Shown: one piece after another, positions 63,298 through 64,000 of the stretch
How the letters are laid out: every line of letters starts with the position of its first letter
Position numbering within the stretch: position 1 is the first letter of the stretch
NCBI GenBank assembly: GCA_043228905.1
Contig: JBHGNT010000011.1
Coordinates: 6,014,001 to 6,078,000 of the forward strand
Origin: Azolla caroliniana
Taxonomy: Eukaryota; Plantae; Polypodiophyta
Length of the DNA stretch: 64,000 nucleotides
Direction: 5' to 3'
The notes under the pieces: generated by a model
Seen by the model: the letters and a program-made list of their open reading frames with translations, nothing else
What the model was told of the DNA's origin: nothing
The model's database searches: none
Program-made: the position numbers and the translations under genes

Positions 63298-64000
63298 TCC
63301 ATTCTCACTTGGGACAAGAGTTCCCTCTTGTTCCTTTCGTGATTTGCCGGCACCGTTAGGAATTGGACGGATTTCCCTCCGTTTTGGCTCCGAATTCGCG
63401 CAAAAGCCGCACCACTATCGAGCACCTTCGTCTCCATCCGTGAAGCCGTGATAAAGGGTTGGCCGAGGATGACAGAATGTGAAACCTCATCCTGCACAAA
63501 GAAATTTTGGTCAATTTCGACATCCCCGATCTTTACCGTCACATCCGGACAAGCCGCAAATAGGTCTTCTGTCGTTTTCATGGCTGCCCGAATCTTCCAT
63601 CCATGGTTGGTGTTTATAGGCCACTTCCCCTTTCGGTAGAACTCCTTGGACATCAAGTTGATCTCCGATCCGTGATCAATCAATGCTAGCACGGGTTCTT
63701 TGATGTTGCCGATTCGGACCGGAGTCTCCGTAGTCGCACGTGCCCAGTGTGGCCTTGTATAGTGGGAGTTCGGAATTTCGCCTTCCACTTCGGTGTCGTT
63801 CATTGAAACGGTATTTGCATTCACCCTTGGAGCATTTTCCTCCGTACTTTGTCTCTTCCTTTTTACAAGATCCACGAGAAGATCGTGAAACTCCTTCTTC
63901 GCTATTCCGAGTAGTTCCCGCAGCGAAAAATCTACCCGGCTATCCAAGATTCTTTCCTCGAACACTCTTTTCAAGTCAGTTTGTTGTTCTATGTCCGAGG
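63291..64000 (-). CDS. Gypsy gag-protease ORF, C-terminal part
   Basis: HWARATTET and ALIDHGSEIN; ends MDF-stop. Confidence 0.9.
   Translation of the reverse strand, partial: SDIEQQTDLKRVFEERILDSRVDFSLRELLGIAKKEFHDLLVDLVKRKRQSTEENAPRVNANTVSMNDTEVEGEIPNSHYTRPHWARATTETPVRIGNIKEPVLALIDHGSEINLMSKEFYRKGKWPINTNHGWKIRAAMKTTEDLFAACPDVTVKIGDVEIDQNFFVQDEVSHSVILGQPFITASRMETKVLDSGAAFARIRSQNGGKSVQFLTVPANHERNKRELLSQVRMDF

Larger units (their letters stand above)
58776..64000 (-). mobile_element. Ty3/Gypsy element of the same group as the Trp-PBS elements, 3' LTR 58776..59701; 5' part outside the window
   Basis: TGTCGTG...CTACGACA; PPT complement ctcgccccctcc at 59702. Confidence 0.93.

Overview
Eukaryotic, most likely plant, heterochromatin-like DNA made entirely of nested transposable elements; no host gene is recognisable. 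A non-seed plant is plausible but not provable. It holds three Tnt1-like Ty1/Copia copies (one fully intact with near-identical LTRs), four related Ty3/Gypsy copies (two with a visible tRNA-Trp-type PBS), one other Gypsy with an extra coiled-coil ORF, and several LTR fragments. The most notable content is two large, divergent DDD-type DNA transposons resembling Sola2. Element A (21864-40336) has 27-bp TIRs, a CATT TSD and an intact spliced transposase. Element B starts at 52183 in the opposite orientation and runs out of the window. Both carry a convergent accessory gene (unrecognised NNE..FARAFA.E domain, coiled coil, RING-H2, acidic tail). Each is saturated with its own 6-bp palindrome (AGTACT in A, TAGCTA in B), arrayed in the same intron of the accessory gene. 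This resembles the VANDAL/VANC sequence-specific anti-silencing design, in a different transposon superfamily. The two elements inserted at almost the same spot in the two LTRs of one Gypsy element, just downstream of tRNA-like A/B boxes. All coordinates were read by eye; family assignments rest on recalled motifs, not on database searches.
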